DNA of 64,000 bases. Origin: Octopus sinensis (taxonomy: Eukaryota). A program made the position numbers and the translations under genes. The first letter of the stretch is position 1, and the number at the start of each line of letters is the position of its first letter. The notes below the pieces were generated by a model. It was not told where the DNA came from. It searched no databases and saw only the letters and a list, made by a program, of their open reading frames with translations. The stretch is from the NCBI RefSeq assembly GCF_006345805.1, contig NC_042998.1, positions 25,916,001 through 25,980,000 on the forward strand. The letters run 5' to 3'. This document shows positions 26,249 to 39,458 of the stretch, in pieces.

Positions 26249-27205
26249 CTAGATTTACTTCTTAGGGAATCCATTCTGCAAAATTTGGTCTTTACCATGA
26301 TGATTAACTTTACATTTCATGAAATATGAATGACCATACCATGAATGCTCTAAGGGAGAAATTTGTTAATACGTTCAAATAATTTGATTTAAACATTATG
26401 AAAAATATGAATTTAAGCTTTGTTAATTCCTTAGATATAATTATAGATATAGGCACTAATATATTAATCTTAACAAATTGCGGTATATTAACACGAATTC
26501 CATCAGTCACTTATAATCTTTGAAAAAATTTAGTGAAAAATATTCAGAAGTGCATATCCAGTTTATCCTCTGACAAGAAATATATTACTCTATTTTTCAT
26601 TATAACATTGCCGCATTAAGAGACAGTGGCTTCAAAGATAGAATGTATTATATACAGAACAACATTGATGCTCAGAAATGGAATATTTTACAGTACAATC
26701 TTCCACACAGATTAATTGCTTGTTTTGATTCTCAAGTAGAACTTCTTTAAACCTTGTAAGAGTTCTCTTATAAACCATTAATATCTTGAGTTATCTAATA
26801 ACAAATGACATTAAGGTTGCACCAAAAAGATTTCTAGAGCCAGTATAAACAGAAGAAACTCTATGAATACAAACATGCAAAACTCATCTCACCAATGAGG
26901 TTTCAGTAACATTGCCATCTCAGATCCCGGATTTCTGGCTTTGCATAAGAGATGCTCTGCCTTCTTTTTTTTTTTTTTTTTTGCTAGTTTATTTTGTCTC
27001 TTTGTTTATTCTCCTAGTGCTATATGAACATTTAATGTGGTTTTAGAGTCAAATTTCGACTGCTATTTTCAGCATAGTGGTATCTCTTAGATACCCTAAA
27101 TTATAATTTTAAAAAAGTATTACCTTTGAAAGGTTTTTATTCCCATGCTGGCCACCTGATAAGATTGGTATTTAAATATCAATCTTATCCTTATTTATAT
27201 AAATT

Positions 27206-27238
<33 letters not shown>

Positions 27239-27271
27239 ACATATATATACATACATACATACATACATACA

Positions 27272-27305
<34 letters not shown>

Positions 27306-27515
27306 CATACATACATACATGTGCACACTAACAGTGACACAAAAAAATATCCATGAAATACATATATCAAAATAAATAGATATTGCTCAGCAATAAGCTT
27401 GCATTTCGTACTATTAGTAGAAGAAAGTTGTATCAAATAGTGTTGCTGCTTTTTATTCACATTCATGAGAGAACACCAGGGCTGTCACAAAATGGTAACA
27501 AATCAAAATGAAGCA

Positions 27516-28081
27516 TTGGGTTGTCTGGAAAGTTCGTGCCGATTTATAGTAGCTTACCTTTCAACTTATTTTAGAACATACTTGAGTCTATAAAATAGGA
27601 TTTGACTACACCTCCACTTAGAGCACAGTTTAAGCTATCTTTTCGTGGAAGAAGGTTTATATTCCTATAACCTGTGTTAATTCTGTAACCCTTTAAAATG
27701 GACGATAAGAAAGTTCATTTTTGGCACTTGATGCTTTGGGAACCAGACAAAAATTGCTGCAGCTCGGCTGGGATGTGTTACCCCACCCTCCATATTCACC
27801 AGATATTGCTCCTTTGGATTTCCACTTATTCAGGTCTCTGCAGAATAGCCCTAATGATAAAAATTTCAGTTCCTTGGATGACATAAAAAGATTCCTTGAT
27901 GAATTCTTTGCCATAAATCCACCTCAATTCTGGGAAGAGGGTATTTTCAAGTTGAAGGAAAGATGGAGACGCATTGTGCAAAAAAATGTTTCATATTTGG
28001 TTGATTAAAAATATAATGGCAAGTATTTATTGACCTTTTTCTTTCCTTTAAAAACTGGCATGAACTTTCCGGACAACCCAA
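27516..28081 (+). mobile_element. Internally deleted mariner with both TIRs
   Basis: TIRs TTGGGTTGTCTGGAAAGTTCGTGCCGATT / AAACTGGCATGAACTTTCCGGACAACCCAA followed by TA; N-terminal MDDKKVHFWHLMLW fused to C-terminal TRQKLLQLGWDVLPHPPYSPDIAPLDFHLFRSLQN...WRRIVQKNVSYLVD. Confidence 0.9.
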
Positions 28082-28372
28082 TAGTTATTCTGTCACACTA
28101 AAATAGTAACTGTCTATGTGTAAAGTTCACACAAACTATTCACCTCATTTTCAATTGAAGAATTAAAATGCTTTTAAATTTATAAAAAAAGTCTATATAA
28201 ATATAAAAAAAGTTCACAAAAGAGATCATGCTGTATTTTTATATTGTAGATTATGAACGTGTTCGATAATTTTGTATAGAAATTGGAACCTGATTAATGT
28301 AAACAATGAGAGATAAAAAAAAAAAATAATTAATTACACTCTAATTCTTATAGAAATTATTGATCAGTAAAT

Positions 28373-28513
28373 GATGATGATGATGGTGGTGGTGGTAGTG
28401 GTGGTGGTGGTGGTGGTGTTGGTGGTGGTGGTGGTGGTGGTGGTGGTGGTGGTGAGGATGATGATGATGATGATGATGATGGTGATGATGGTGGTGATGA
28501 TGATGATGATGAT
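28373..28513. repeat. (GAT)n/(GGT)n compound microsatellite
   Basis: Direct reading; explains the poly-His and poly-Val pseudo-ORFs. Confidence 0.95.
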
Positions 28514-28571
28514 CACTCTTATAAGCTACATAAAGATACATTGTGCTGTATTTTCTGATGTGTGTGTATGC

Positions 28572-28602
<31 letters not shown>

Positions 28603-30411
28603 GTATGTGCATGTGTGAATATACTTATGCAATACCCGTAAAAAAAAAATGACGGAATCTGTCACACACACATGCACACACATGAACGCACTGACAAACG
28701 TGCATGCACATGCACACACACACACACACACATACACACAATTAATTCTTAATCTTCCTGCTTCAAGCCTTATTCTGTTTTCTTTGTTTTATCTATGATG
28801 TTTCTTCTTTACATCTTTGCTGTCGCTTCTCATTTTTTCCTCGTATTTCTTGTTGTGGCTTTTGATTTCTTGCATTAACCTTCATTTTCTTTATGCTGTT
28901 CAAAATCAAACAACTTTTCAAATCCTCAGAGCATCATCTTTGTTGACTTGCATTTTACCAGCTGCATACTTATACATCCAAATTTTTTTCCATTCTTCTC
29001 TGAGTTTGTCTTTCTCTTGTTCTTTACCTGGGTTTCCTATTTTACTTTTTTATAATCATGCTTTCATTCTCCATTATTTTTACTCTCTTACCCGTGTACA
29101 TCTTCATTTCTTCATTTCCTCTATCTATATAATTCCTTTTCCTTTTCTTCCTGATCAAAATCTGCTTCCATCTCTTCTCTTCATTTTCTGTCTTCACTCC
29201 TCCACATATACAAAGTGATATAATTCATGAATAACTTTTTCCATTTATTTCTATTATTTGCTCACACACTATAACTCTTTTACTTTATCACGTTACCTCT
29301 CTACTTATCTATCACGTTACCTCTCTATTACAGATCACTGTCTATTTTTGCATTTCTCCTGTCTTTATCATGCTATCACTTCACCTCTCACTCTTTCTCC
29401 TGTCTATCCTTGTATTTCACAGACTACTCTACCTCACTGCCTACCTCACCTGTCTTCTTGCTGATTGACTGCTGACTAATTCAATCCCTTGTTCTATCAC
29501 ACATGTATACACTCTATCAATCTCTAACTTAACAATTTATCTATTTAATTCTTCTCTTTTTGTCACACTTCTAACATTTCTCTTGTCTTTCTTCCACCTT
29601 TCTTAACACATCCACTGTTCTCATATCCTTCAGTTAACTTTCAGCATGGAGAAACCAGTGTTTGCCTGCTACTTGGATACTTGAATGAAGGTTGTCAATT
29701 ACGCTTCATGATTTTTAAGTTTTGTGTGTATGTGTGTAGATATTCAGGTATATATTTAATCATGTGTGTGTATATACCTGTGTAGGATGACACACATTTT
29801 CTATTCCTCTGTACATTACTCCGGGTAATTTCTCCTACTTCCACATGTAAGCATATGAGTATATATGTGTGTGTGTGTGTAATATATAACATATATATAT
29901 TTAAATATATATATATAGTTCAGTAAAATTTAGATTCAGTTGAATATGGTACTTAAGTTAAAGCACATGTTCTTTGTCTATCTACTTATCATCTTTGTGA
30001 TTTTGGTTAATAGAATAACTATACAAATGAATCCTTTGAATTTAACTAAATTCTATATTTTTATGCAGCTGAAGATTGCTCTACATTTTAAAACTGATAT
30101 AATATTTATATTGTTCAATTAAATGAAGTCGCATGAGACGATTGTACTGCATTACCTCTGGATTTCCTTGTTGCTTATTTTGATTATATATATATATATA
30201 TATATATACAAGAGTTAAGAGATAAGATCCGGGTTACATATATTTCATAGCGAGCGGAACCTCAGAAGTGGTAAATATCCAAGCGAGGTGTATATCACAG
30301 GCTATGCTTCAGGCCAAGGATATCTTGGTTAAATGAAAGTTTACATTGTTGCAAGGAGACATATGTTAACACATGCAAGATGCAATCAGAATTGAACAGA
30401 TGACAGATATG

Positions 30412-30442
<31 letters not shown>

Positions 30443-30963
30443 TAAAACGCACCAATTAATCATGGCCATTACCAGCCTCCCCTGGTACCTGTGCCGGTGG
30501 AATGTAAAAAGCACCCACTACACTCATGGAGTGCTCGGCATTAGGAAGGGCATCCAGTTGTAGAAACACTGCCAGATTAGACTGGAGCCTGGTGCAGCCT
30601 CCTGGTTTCCCAGACCCTGGTCAAACCATCCAACCTATGCTAGCATGGAAAACAGATGTTAAAAGATGATGATGATGATGATGACATCTGTTCAATTGAT
30701 TGCAGGTCAATTTGTAATTAGTAAACTTGTTAGGTTAATTTGTTTGCTATTTCATAACATCACTAGGTTATTCAATTCTGTTATTTTTTGTTTCAATTTG
30801 TACTGTGTATTCTTTGGATTTATTTCTTTGGATTTTATACTACAATGTAGAAAGCTATTTTTAGAGTCCTTCACTATGTTCTTTCCTAATTTTATTGAGC
30901 ACATCAAATTAAAGAGATGTGCATAAAATGACTTATGTAGAATGGAGACAGGTATATGTGAGA

Positions 30964-31196
30964 AAGGCAGCGAGCTGGCAGAAACGTTAGCACACCAGGC
31001 AAAATGCTTTGCGGTATTTCGTCTGCCGTTATGTTGTGAGTTCAAATTCCGCCGAGGTCAACTTTGCCTTTCATCCTTTCGGGGTCGATTAAATAAGTAC
31101 CAGTTACGCACTGTGGGTCGATATAATCGACTTAATACCTATGTCTGTCCTTGTTTGTCCCCTCTATGTTTAACCCCTTGTGGGTAATAAAGAAAT
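30964..31196 (+). mobile_element. SINE family B
   Basis: TSD of about 16 bp, AGGTATATGTGAGAAA, at about 30950 and 31197. Confidence 0.85.
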
Positions 31197-31239
31197 AGGT
31201 ATATGTGAGAAATAAGCATTGGGGATATTTTGCACCATG

Positions 31240-31600
31240 CAGAATCAGAGATATTGAAAGCTCTTCTTCCAATCCAAAACAATGCTGGAAAGCCTTCTGT
31301 ATTATCAGCAGGCATCTCAGGGTCACAATCATTTCACCCCTTAGCCTGTAAACTTTGCCTGAGTGGATCAGTAAAGATTGGATTGGCCTTTGACAATCGA
31401 AGGGTTTCACCTGTGTTCTCTTGTCAACTACAACCAATCTGAACTGGTTTCAGCAATAGCTATCTCCTTGGTGGCTTTCTTCAGTTATCTGGGGCCCAAA
31501 CCAATATTTTGCAGGAAATACCAAATCAAAGTAGTTAGAAAGCCACATCACCTGACTTCACTACAGAATGAGACTATATGCCCTCTCTTGACAAGTGTCC
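31240..31600 (-). mobile_element. Highly degenerate RTE-like reverse transcriptase remnant
   Basis: Minus translation ...LIIQKAFQHCFGLEEEL loosely matches the RTE IQKASxAFGRL segment; stops and frameshifts. Confidence 0.35.
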
Positions 31601-31772
31601 TGTTGGCCAACACCTGATCATTAACGTATTTTTCACTGGAAAGAAATTTTCAGTCTGTCCTCCCAGGCCACTGTAAGTTCAATCATGGAAACTAAAACTA
31701 AAATTTATTCAAAATAATTTAGTAATTAAAAAATTTATCAAGAACATTATCAAAAAAATTTATCAAGGTTAA

Positions 31773-32195
31773 GGAATGGCTGTGTGGTAAGTAGCTGACT
31801 TACGAACCACATGGTTCTGGGTTCAGTCCCACTGTGTGCCACCTTGAGCAGGTGTCTTCTACTATAGCCTCGGGCTGACCAAGGCCTTGTGAGTGGATTT
31901 GGTAGATGGAAACTGAAAGAAGCCCATCGTATATATGTATATATATATATACATATGTGTGTGTGTGTGTGTGTCTGTTTGTGTGTTTGTGTTTGTCTCC
32001 CCAACATCGCTTGACAACTGATGCTGGTGTGTTTACGTCCCCGTCACTTAGCGGTTCAGCAATAGAGACCGATAGAATAAGTACTAGGCTTACAAAAAAT
32101 AAGTCCTGGGGTCAATTTGCTCGACTAAAAGCAGTGCTCCAGCATAGTCATAGTCAAATGACTGAAACAAGTAAAAGAGTAAAAGAGTAAAGAGT
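31773..32195 (+). mobile_element. SINE family A
   Basis: Full-length copy with (AAAGAGTA)n tail. Confidence 0.85.
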
Positions 32196-33404
32196 AACAC
32201 AACATGAAAAATTCTAACTAAAAAATAAAATTTCATAGCAACAAACAGTGAGACTTTATAATTTTACATTACATAACTGCTTTCAACAAATTAATTTTTT
32301 TCGTTCAGGATCATAATTTTCTAACACATTTCTATTACACTCCTTCATATCACAGCAATTTTATTTTTCTTCTAACTGATGCTTTTTTTCTTTGGTTAAA
32401 TTTTTGCAGTTTGGCACTTGGAAACCTTTTTCACAGATTTTACGCATCAATGAGGAACCAAATATTTGCATGATTAATGCTCACTGAATGTTTCAATGCA
32501 CAATGGGACACTTTTAAACTATTTATAGTATGAAGAATTCCTGTTATATATTGCTCTGAAATATTCTAAATAGTTTACAGAAAAGGAGGTCCAAAGCACT
32601 ATCTATTTTGATTTATTCCCTTGCTGGCTTGCAAAAAATATAAAATAAGTCCTAGGGTTGATTTGTTCGACTAAAGCCCTTCGAGGTGGTGCTCCAGCAT
32701 GGCCACAGTCAAATGACTGAAACAAGTGAAAGGTAAGAAATAAAAAGTCTTTGTCAATACAGAACTTTACCCTTGGAATGGAAAAACCCCAAATTTTTAA
32801 ATGGTGGGAAGCTGGGTAGTTGGTATCAATCTGTTTCCTGATCCCTAATAGTCGTATAATATAAAGCAGTGAGCTGGCAGAACCATTGGCATGCTGGGTG
32901 AAATACTTAGCATTACATTCTGAGTTCAAATTCCACCAAGGTTGATATTGCCTTTCATCATTTCGAGGTCGATAAAGCAAGTACCAGTTGATCAAAATAA
33001 GATCAGTTACAAAATAAGACATATCTTTTGGGGGAATATCCTTAACATCAAATCCAGCTACAATATTGTCACCTGGTAGCAACACAAGAACAACAAGCAG
33101 CTCATTTTTAGACTAAAACTGGCATCATTGGGGTATGTGGACTTCAGGCATTCTTGTATACCATGTTCAAAAATTTCTGTTAATAAATGAAGCAAACTGC
33201 ATGGATTTTATAAAGGAAGTATTAAAAACAAAACTATTTATAGATTACTTTTTCAATATACATAATTATATTTTCAGACACTTCATTTACTTTTAGTTGT
33301 AATTCTATAATTCTGCCAAACAGTTTATCATAAGTATATTGGGTTTTGTTTGAAAGCAACGAAACATTTTTGGTACATTAAAACTATCCGTTTGAATATT
33401 CAGT

Positions 33405-33806
33405 CTCGACTGGCTTCTGTGCCGGTAGCACATAAAAAGCACCATCCGAACGTGGCCGATGCCAGCACCGCCCCGACTGGCTTCTGTGCTGGTGGCACAT
33501 AAAAAGCACCATCCGAACGTGGCTGTTGCCAGCGCCGCCTTGGCTGGCTTCCGTGCCGGTGGCACGTTAAAAGCTCCAACCGATCGTGGCTGATGCCGGA
33601 CCCCCCTGGCACCTGTGCAGGTGGCACGTAAAAAGCACCCACAACACTTGCGGAGTGGTTGGCGTTAGGAAGGGCATCCAGCTGTAGAAACTCTGCCAGA
33701 ACAGACTGGAGCCTGGTGCAGCCCCTGGCTTCCCAGACCCCGGTCAAACCGTCCAACCCGTTAAACCGTCAAACCGTCCAACAGACGTTAAACAATGATG
33801 ATGATA
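33405..33806 (+). mobile_element. GAT-tailed RTE-like element with 67-bp tandem module
   Basis: Units start at 33408, 33475 and 33542, then GGTTGGCGTTAGGAAGGGCATCCAGCTGTAGAAAC... and a GAT tail. Confidence 0.75.
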
Positions 33807-34866
33807 ATTGAACAAATATTCTAAAGCAATATTAGAATTTCCATCTCTTAAATGGTTCTTTTACTGTTCCAGCTGCCAAATTGCTTCATATTAGTATTCA
33901 ATTTGAATCTTTTGTCTCACCATTATACTGAAAAACTTCTCATCATATAGGCACAAGCATAATTATGTCATAAGAAGCTTGCTTGCCAATCGCATCGTTG
34001 TGGGTTCAGCGTTTAAAATAATAAAGGTAAAAAATTGAATATTAATTTGATTAATATCAATTTAAAACCAGTTGTCAAGCATATAGAAAAATCTGAAGAT
34101 TCAGAAAATTATATTACATGCATATAAGAGGGATAACCACTGCGTGGACAACCCTAGTGCTAGAAGTAGATCCGTTATGGTCTTAACACTATGAAAGGAA
34201 TGTTCTCAAGAAAATTCACACCACCATAGAGTTAGAATATGGTAATTTTTCTTAGCATTAAACCAAATGCTTTGAAATTCCCATCAGCTTGTAGATAATA
34301 GGACTGAAACATATATGTAGGTTCTTTTTTATTTTTTATTTTAATTTATTTTTCTTTGAACTTTCAACTCCTAATCAATTTATTTGTACTGTTATTTTTT
34401 TTTTAAATGTCATTTTTTTGTAACATACAAAGAAATTAGTAATTATATCCATTTATTCTCCATTTTCTTCTTATTTTCCTCCTATATATATGTATGTATG
34501 TATATATCTATGTGTGTGTGTCGTTAAGTCGTTTGTCCCCACCACTGCTTGACTGCCAGTGTTGGTTTGTTTACATCCCATAACTTAGCAGTTCAGTGAA
34601 AGAGACTGATAGAATAAATATGAAGCTTCAAAAAAATGAAATAAGTCCTAAGGTTTATTTGTTCGACTAAAACCCTTCAAGGTGGTGCTCCAGCATGGCC
34701 ACAGCCAAGTGACTGAAACAAGTAAAAGGTAAAAAATAAAAGGTCATTGTTAATACAGAACTTTACCCTTGGAATGGAAAAACCCCAAATTTTTAAAAGA
34801 GGGTAGCTTGGTAGTTGGTATCAATCTGTTTCCTGACTCCTAATATTCCTATTATATAAGGCAGTG

Positions 34867-35281
34867 CCCCATGCTGGCACTCGAGCCCTGTGCTAGTAGA
34901 GTATTAAGAGCTCCATCCGAGCGTGATCATTGCCAGAGTGGCTATCTGGCCTCTGTGCCGGTGGCACGTAAAAGACGCCATTCAAGTGTGATCGTTACCA
35001 GCATCGCCTTACTGGCACCTGTACCGGTGGCATGTGTAAAAGATTTGAGTGAGGTCGTTGCGAGTACCGCCTGCCTGGCCCCATGCCGATGGCACGTAAA
35101 AAGCACCCACTACACACTTAGAGTGGTTGGTGTTAGGAAGGGCATCCAGCTGTAGAAACTCTGCCAGATCAAGACTGAAGCCTGGTGCAGCCATCTGGTT
35201 CGCCAGCCCTCAGTCATTCGTCCAACCCATGCTAGCATGGAAAGCGAACGTTAAACGATGATGATGATGATGATGATGATG
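34867..35281 (+). mobile_element. GAT-tailed RTE-like element
   Basis: Bounded by an 11-bp TSD ATAAGGCAGTG (34856-34866, 35282-35292); (GAT)n tail. Confidence 0.8.
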
Positions 35282-35855
35282 ATAAGGCAGTGAGCTGGTG
35301 GAACCATTAGCATGCCGGGTGAAATGCTTAGCAGCATTTCATCTGTCTTTACATTCTGAATTCAAATTCCACCGGGGTCGACTTTGCCTTTTATCCTTTC
35401 GAGGTCAATAAAGCGAGTACCAGTTGTGTACTGGAGGGTCAATGTAATCGACTCGGCTCCTCCTCTGAAATTTCTGGCCTTGTGCCACGATTTGAAACCA
35501 ATATCTCTGTTGTACTATGCGACCGGAGAAATATGTGATTACTAAGCAATCATTTGAATTCTTAGCCATAAAAGCTACATGTGGGTGTTATGAGATGAAA
35601 TTGGTTGCGTTTTCATATTCAAAACTGATAGCAAATTTATCTTTATTTTATCACTGTTGAAGCATGGTCAGCAATCCAGTTCTCTTCAAAATAAAACGTT
35701 ACTTTGCAGGCATTATTTTAATACCTACATAATAAAGATCCATCAGCCGTCTGCCAAAGTTTTGTAAATACATGCATACATATACATACATATATATATA
35801 TATATATATATGTATATGTATATGTATATGTATATAATATATATATATATATATA

Positions 35856-35907
<52 letters not shown>

Positions 35908-36017
35908 CATATATATATATATGTGTGTATATGTATATAATATATGTGTGTATGTGTGTGTATGAATGTATGTATATATGTATGTATGTATGCATGTATT
36001 TACAAAACTTTAGATAT

Positions 36018-36059
<42 letters not shown>

Positions 36060-36216
36060 AATTTATATATATGTATATATGTGTATATATGTATATATAT
36101 ATACACATATATACATATATATACACATATATATATATTGTGTATATATATATAATATATATACAAACATATATAATATATATATATATGTATAATGTAT
36201 GATATATATGTATATG

Positions 36217-36285
<69 letters not shown>

Positions 36286-37220
36286 ATTATATATATATAT
36301 ACGTATGTATGTGTGTGTGTTTGTGCTTGTATTTCTTTTTATAACTCTATAACTGTTTCTTTTTTCTCTTTCGCCAAAATGATAAGCATGCAGGTGGACA
36401 TGCTAATGGATAGACTTCTGGACTCAAAATTAATTCCATCTTGATTTGATGTCTGTATTAAACAAAATCATCTTAGAATTCTCTGAGAACAGCAGACAAC
36501 AACGGCATAAAATCCTGTTATGAAATAAATGCATTTTTATGAAGGCGACTTGATCTGAAACCTAATAAGAACAACACAAACCAAAACCAGAATAAAAGAA
36601 TCAAATAAGCTGGTGGTATTCTGATCTGATCTGAAAGAACTGATCTGGTAGCAAATTGATTGACCTTCATGAATTGACCAATAAAGATCAGAACTAGTCA
36701 ATTATGACTTGACTGATGATAAACTTACCTTGTGGTATATACATAAGTGTGTGTATATATATATATATATATATATGTAGAAACATGTGGTAAATAGCTT
36801 GCTTACCAACCACATGGTTCCAGGTTCAGTCCCACAGTGTGGTACCTTGGGCAAGTGTCTTCTACTATAGCTTTTGGCTGACCAAAGCTTTGTGAGTGGA
36901 TTTGGTAGCTGAAAACTGAAAGAAGCCTGTCATATCTATCTATATATATATACAAATATTAATTATAATAATTATAATAAAGGGTAAAATCAATAATAAT
37001 TTTACCAGGTGGTCAGTGTGGAATTAAAATTGACCTCATAGGTAAATTTTACAAAATGTTTTATAATTATATACATAATTATAAGGGATTGGCTTTACGC
37101 CTCACCCCGCACTGCAAGAAATAGACGCTAAAGCCCCTAATTACCACCTTAAAATTTCCAAGAATAACACACTGTATCATAGGCAAGCAAAAGAAAAATA
37201 ACGAATCAACAAGGCTGGTT

Positions 37221-37295
37221 AACTCCGTACCCGATCGAATTTCGAGCTTAAAGTAAAATTAAAATATTTACCTTATTGCTCTCATCAGCAGAACC
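37221..37295 (-). ncRNA. Type I hammerhead ribozyme motif (candidate)
   Basis: Minus strand: GGTTCTG-CTGATGA-GAGC[30 nt with 9 more bp]GCTC-GAAA-TTC(GATC)GGG-TA-CGGAGTT; intact core, G10.1-C11.1 pair, GUA cleavage triplet, helices I-III pair with several G-U. Confidence 0.7.
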
Positions 37296-37604
37296 CATAC
37301 CAGATCAAAAAAGGGCAGTGATGATGATGATGATGATGATGAGGAGGAGGAGGATGATATATGTATGTACCTATCTATGTGTGTATGTATCTATTTGTGT
37401 GTGTGTGTGTTTGTGTGTAAGTGTGTGTGTGTATATATTTATATATATATATATATATGTACAAACACAAACACACATGCACATGTATATATAGTGCCCC
37501 AGGAGGTCTTTTCCAACCCATGTCAGATCAAAAAGAACAGTGATGATGATATATGTATGTATCTGTTTATGTGCAATTGTATATGTGTGTGTGTGTATGT
37601 GTGT

Positions 37605-37635
<31 letters not shown>

Positions 37636-38079
37636 CATGTGTGTGTGTGTGTGTGCATGTGTGTGTGTGTGTGATGGTTTTCATGTTTGCATATAATTAC
37701 ACCATTTATTTCAAATGAATCATAAACCGAACGCATGACATTTAAAAGGAAAAGGCAAGTATAAGCATTTCTAGAATGATATTTATATAAATTTGCAATT
37801 AATCATATTTTTAACAGATAAATGGAATATCCCTTTTCTATATCTTCATGGTTTGGGGCTACAACTTCATTTTAAAAAGCAATTAGCCATCCTTTCTGAT
37901 TATATTCTGTGTTGGGCAATGCTTATGTTGTCTCTGCTATGAAGTTGTCAATAATTTAGAATAAAATTTTTAACTTGGAAAATTGATTAATTCGTCCATA
38001 ATTCTCAGAAAGGGAAGGAACTAAATCTCACACCACTCTTCTAGTATTTGTAATATATCAGCTTGATTCTTTTGGTTTC

Positions 38080-38302
38080 TTATTGCCCACAAGGGGCTAA
38101 ACATAGAGGGAACAAATGAGGACAGACAAAAGGATTAAGTCGATTACATCTACCCCAGTGCGTAACTGGTACTAAATGTATCGATCCTGAAAGGATGAAA
38201 GGCAAAGTCGACCTCGGCGGAATTTGAACTCAGAACGTAACGGCAGACGAAAGTGTGCTAAGCATTTCGCCCGGCGCGCTAACGTTTCTGCCAGCTCGCC
38301 AC
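38080..38302 (-). mobile_element. SINE family B
   Basis: Reverse-complement head, core and tail; a similar minus copy at 45450-45690. Confidence 0.8.
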
Positions 38303-39267
38303 CTACTTTCAGTTTCTGTCAGCTAAATCCACTCACAAGGCTTCAGTCAGCCCCAGGATATTGTAGAAGGCATTTACTCAAGTTGCCACGTAGTGGTACT
38401 GAACCTGAAATCAGGTGGTTGGGAAGCAGCCTTCTTACCACACAGCCATGCCTGTGCGTCTCCGTAATGAACTCATACACAGTTATCTAACATAAAGCAT
38501 GTGTTGATAGTCAACATAAGCATATGTTGGATCATTCTATCAAAGTTGTACTAGACTTTATTTGATCAACAGCAGAAGAATATAAATTACAGTTGACCTT
38601 GGCAAGATTTGACCTCAGCCTGGCATTTTGTCTGGCAAACTTCTGATTCTACCAATCCATTAGGATGTCTTTATTATCATGGGGTCATCAGCCCAAAATC
38701 TCAATCTTTCAGTTTACAGTATGTATTAATAATCTTGAACGTAAGTATTTCATTGTTATAATTAAAGAGAATAATTAATAACAGAGAAACGGTGTAATTA
38801 ATATTCCTGAAAGAGTCTCCAATGATAAATGAAAACTATGCTGGAAGATAATTTCTTCCAGAAGCCATCACAAATATTTAAATAGTAGCAAGACTATAAA
38901 TTGATTTACACAATGTATATGGATTAAACTTACACAATATCTAAAGCTAACAGAGACAGATATGTCAGGAGAGCGAATGATTCAAGATAATTCTTAACTT
39001 AATTCCTTGTTCACTGAATACAATTTTTATTATTCTTTCTTAAACTATCTTTTCATATTCAGATTTGCATAGAGCAAAACTTAAGACGTCAAAGAATAGT
39101 TTAGGCAAAGTTGTTTTTACAAATATTAGCATTCCTAAAGAACAGATGAATAAAATGAGTTAAGGAAAGAACGAACCTTTCTTTAGTTACTCAACTGCCA
39201 TGAAATAGCTACCAAATCTCACTCAAATTGTTCCTGCCATCTTAAATAACGAAATGACACTTTAGAT

Positions 39268-39458
39268 CAGCAGTTCTCATCCACAGCTCCCAGGGGTGCA
39301 TGGGGCCCTCAAACATGCTTCCAGCGACCTGCAATGGTTTTCATCTATAAATATAATGAATTTTTTCTTGAGTTGACTTGTGTTTTTTCCAGTGCAGACC
39401 CCTAAAAAAATTCAAGTTTGGGATCTGGCCAGGATATTAAAAATATTGAAAACCACTG
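39268..39458. mobile_element. hAT (Charlie-like) MITE
   Basis: TIRs CAGCAGTTCTCA / TGAAAACCACTG; 8-bp TSD CTTTAGAT / TTTTAGAT. Confidence 0.7.

Noticed and set aside
33408-33610. HDV-like ribozyme or CRISPR reading of the 67-bp repeats
   Set aside because: A GCC-loop-GGC element is present but I could not find P1 or P1.1 pairing; units are directly tandem with no unique spacers and there are no cas genes.
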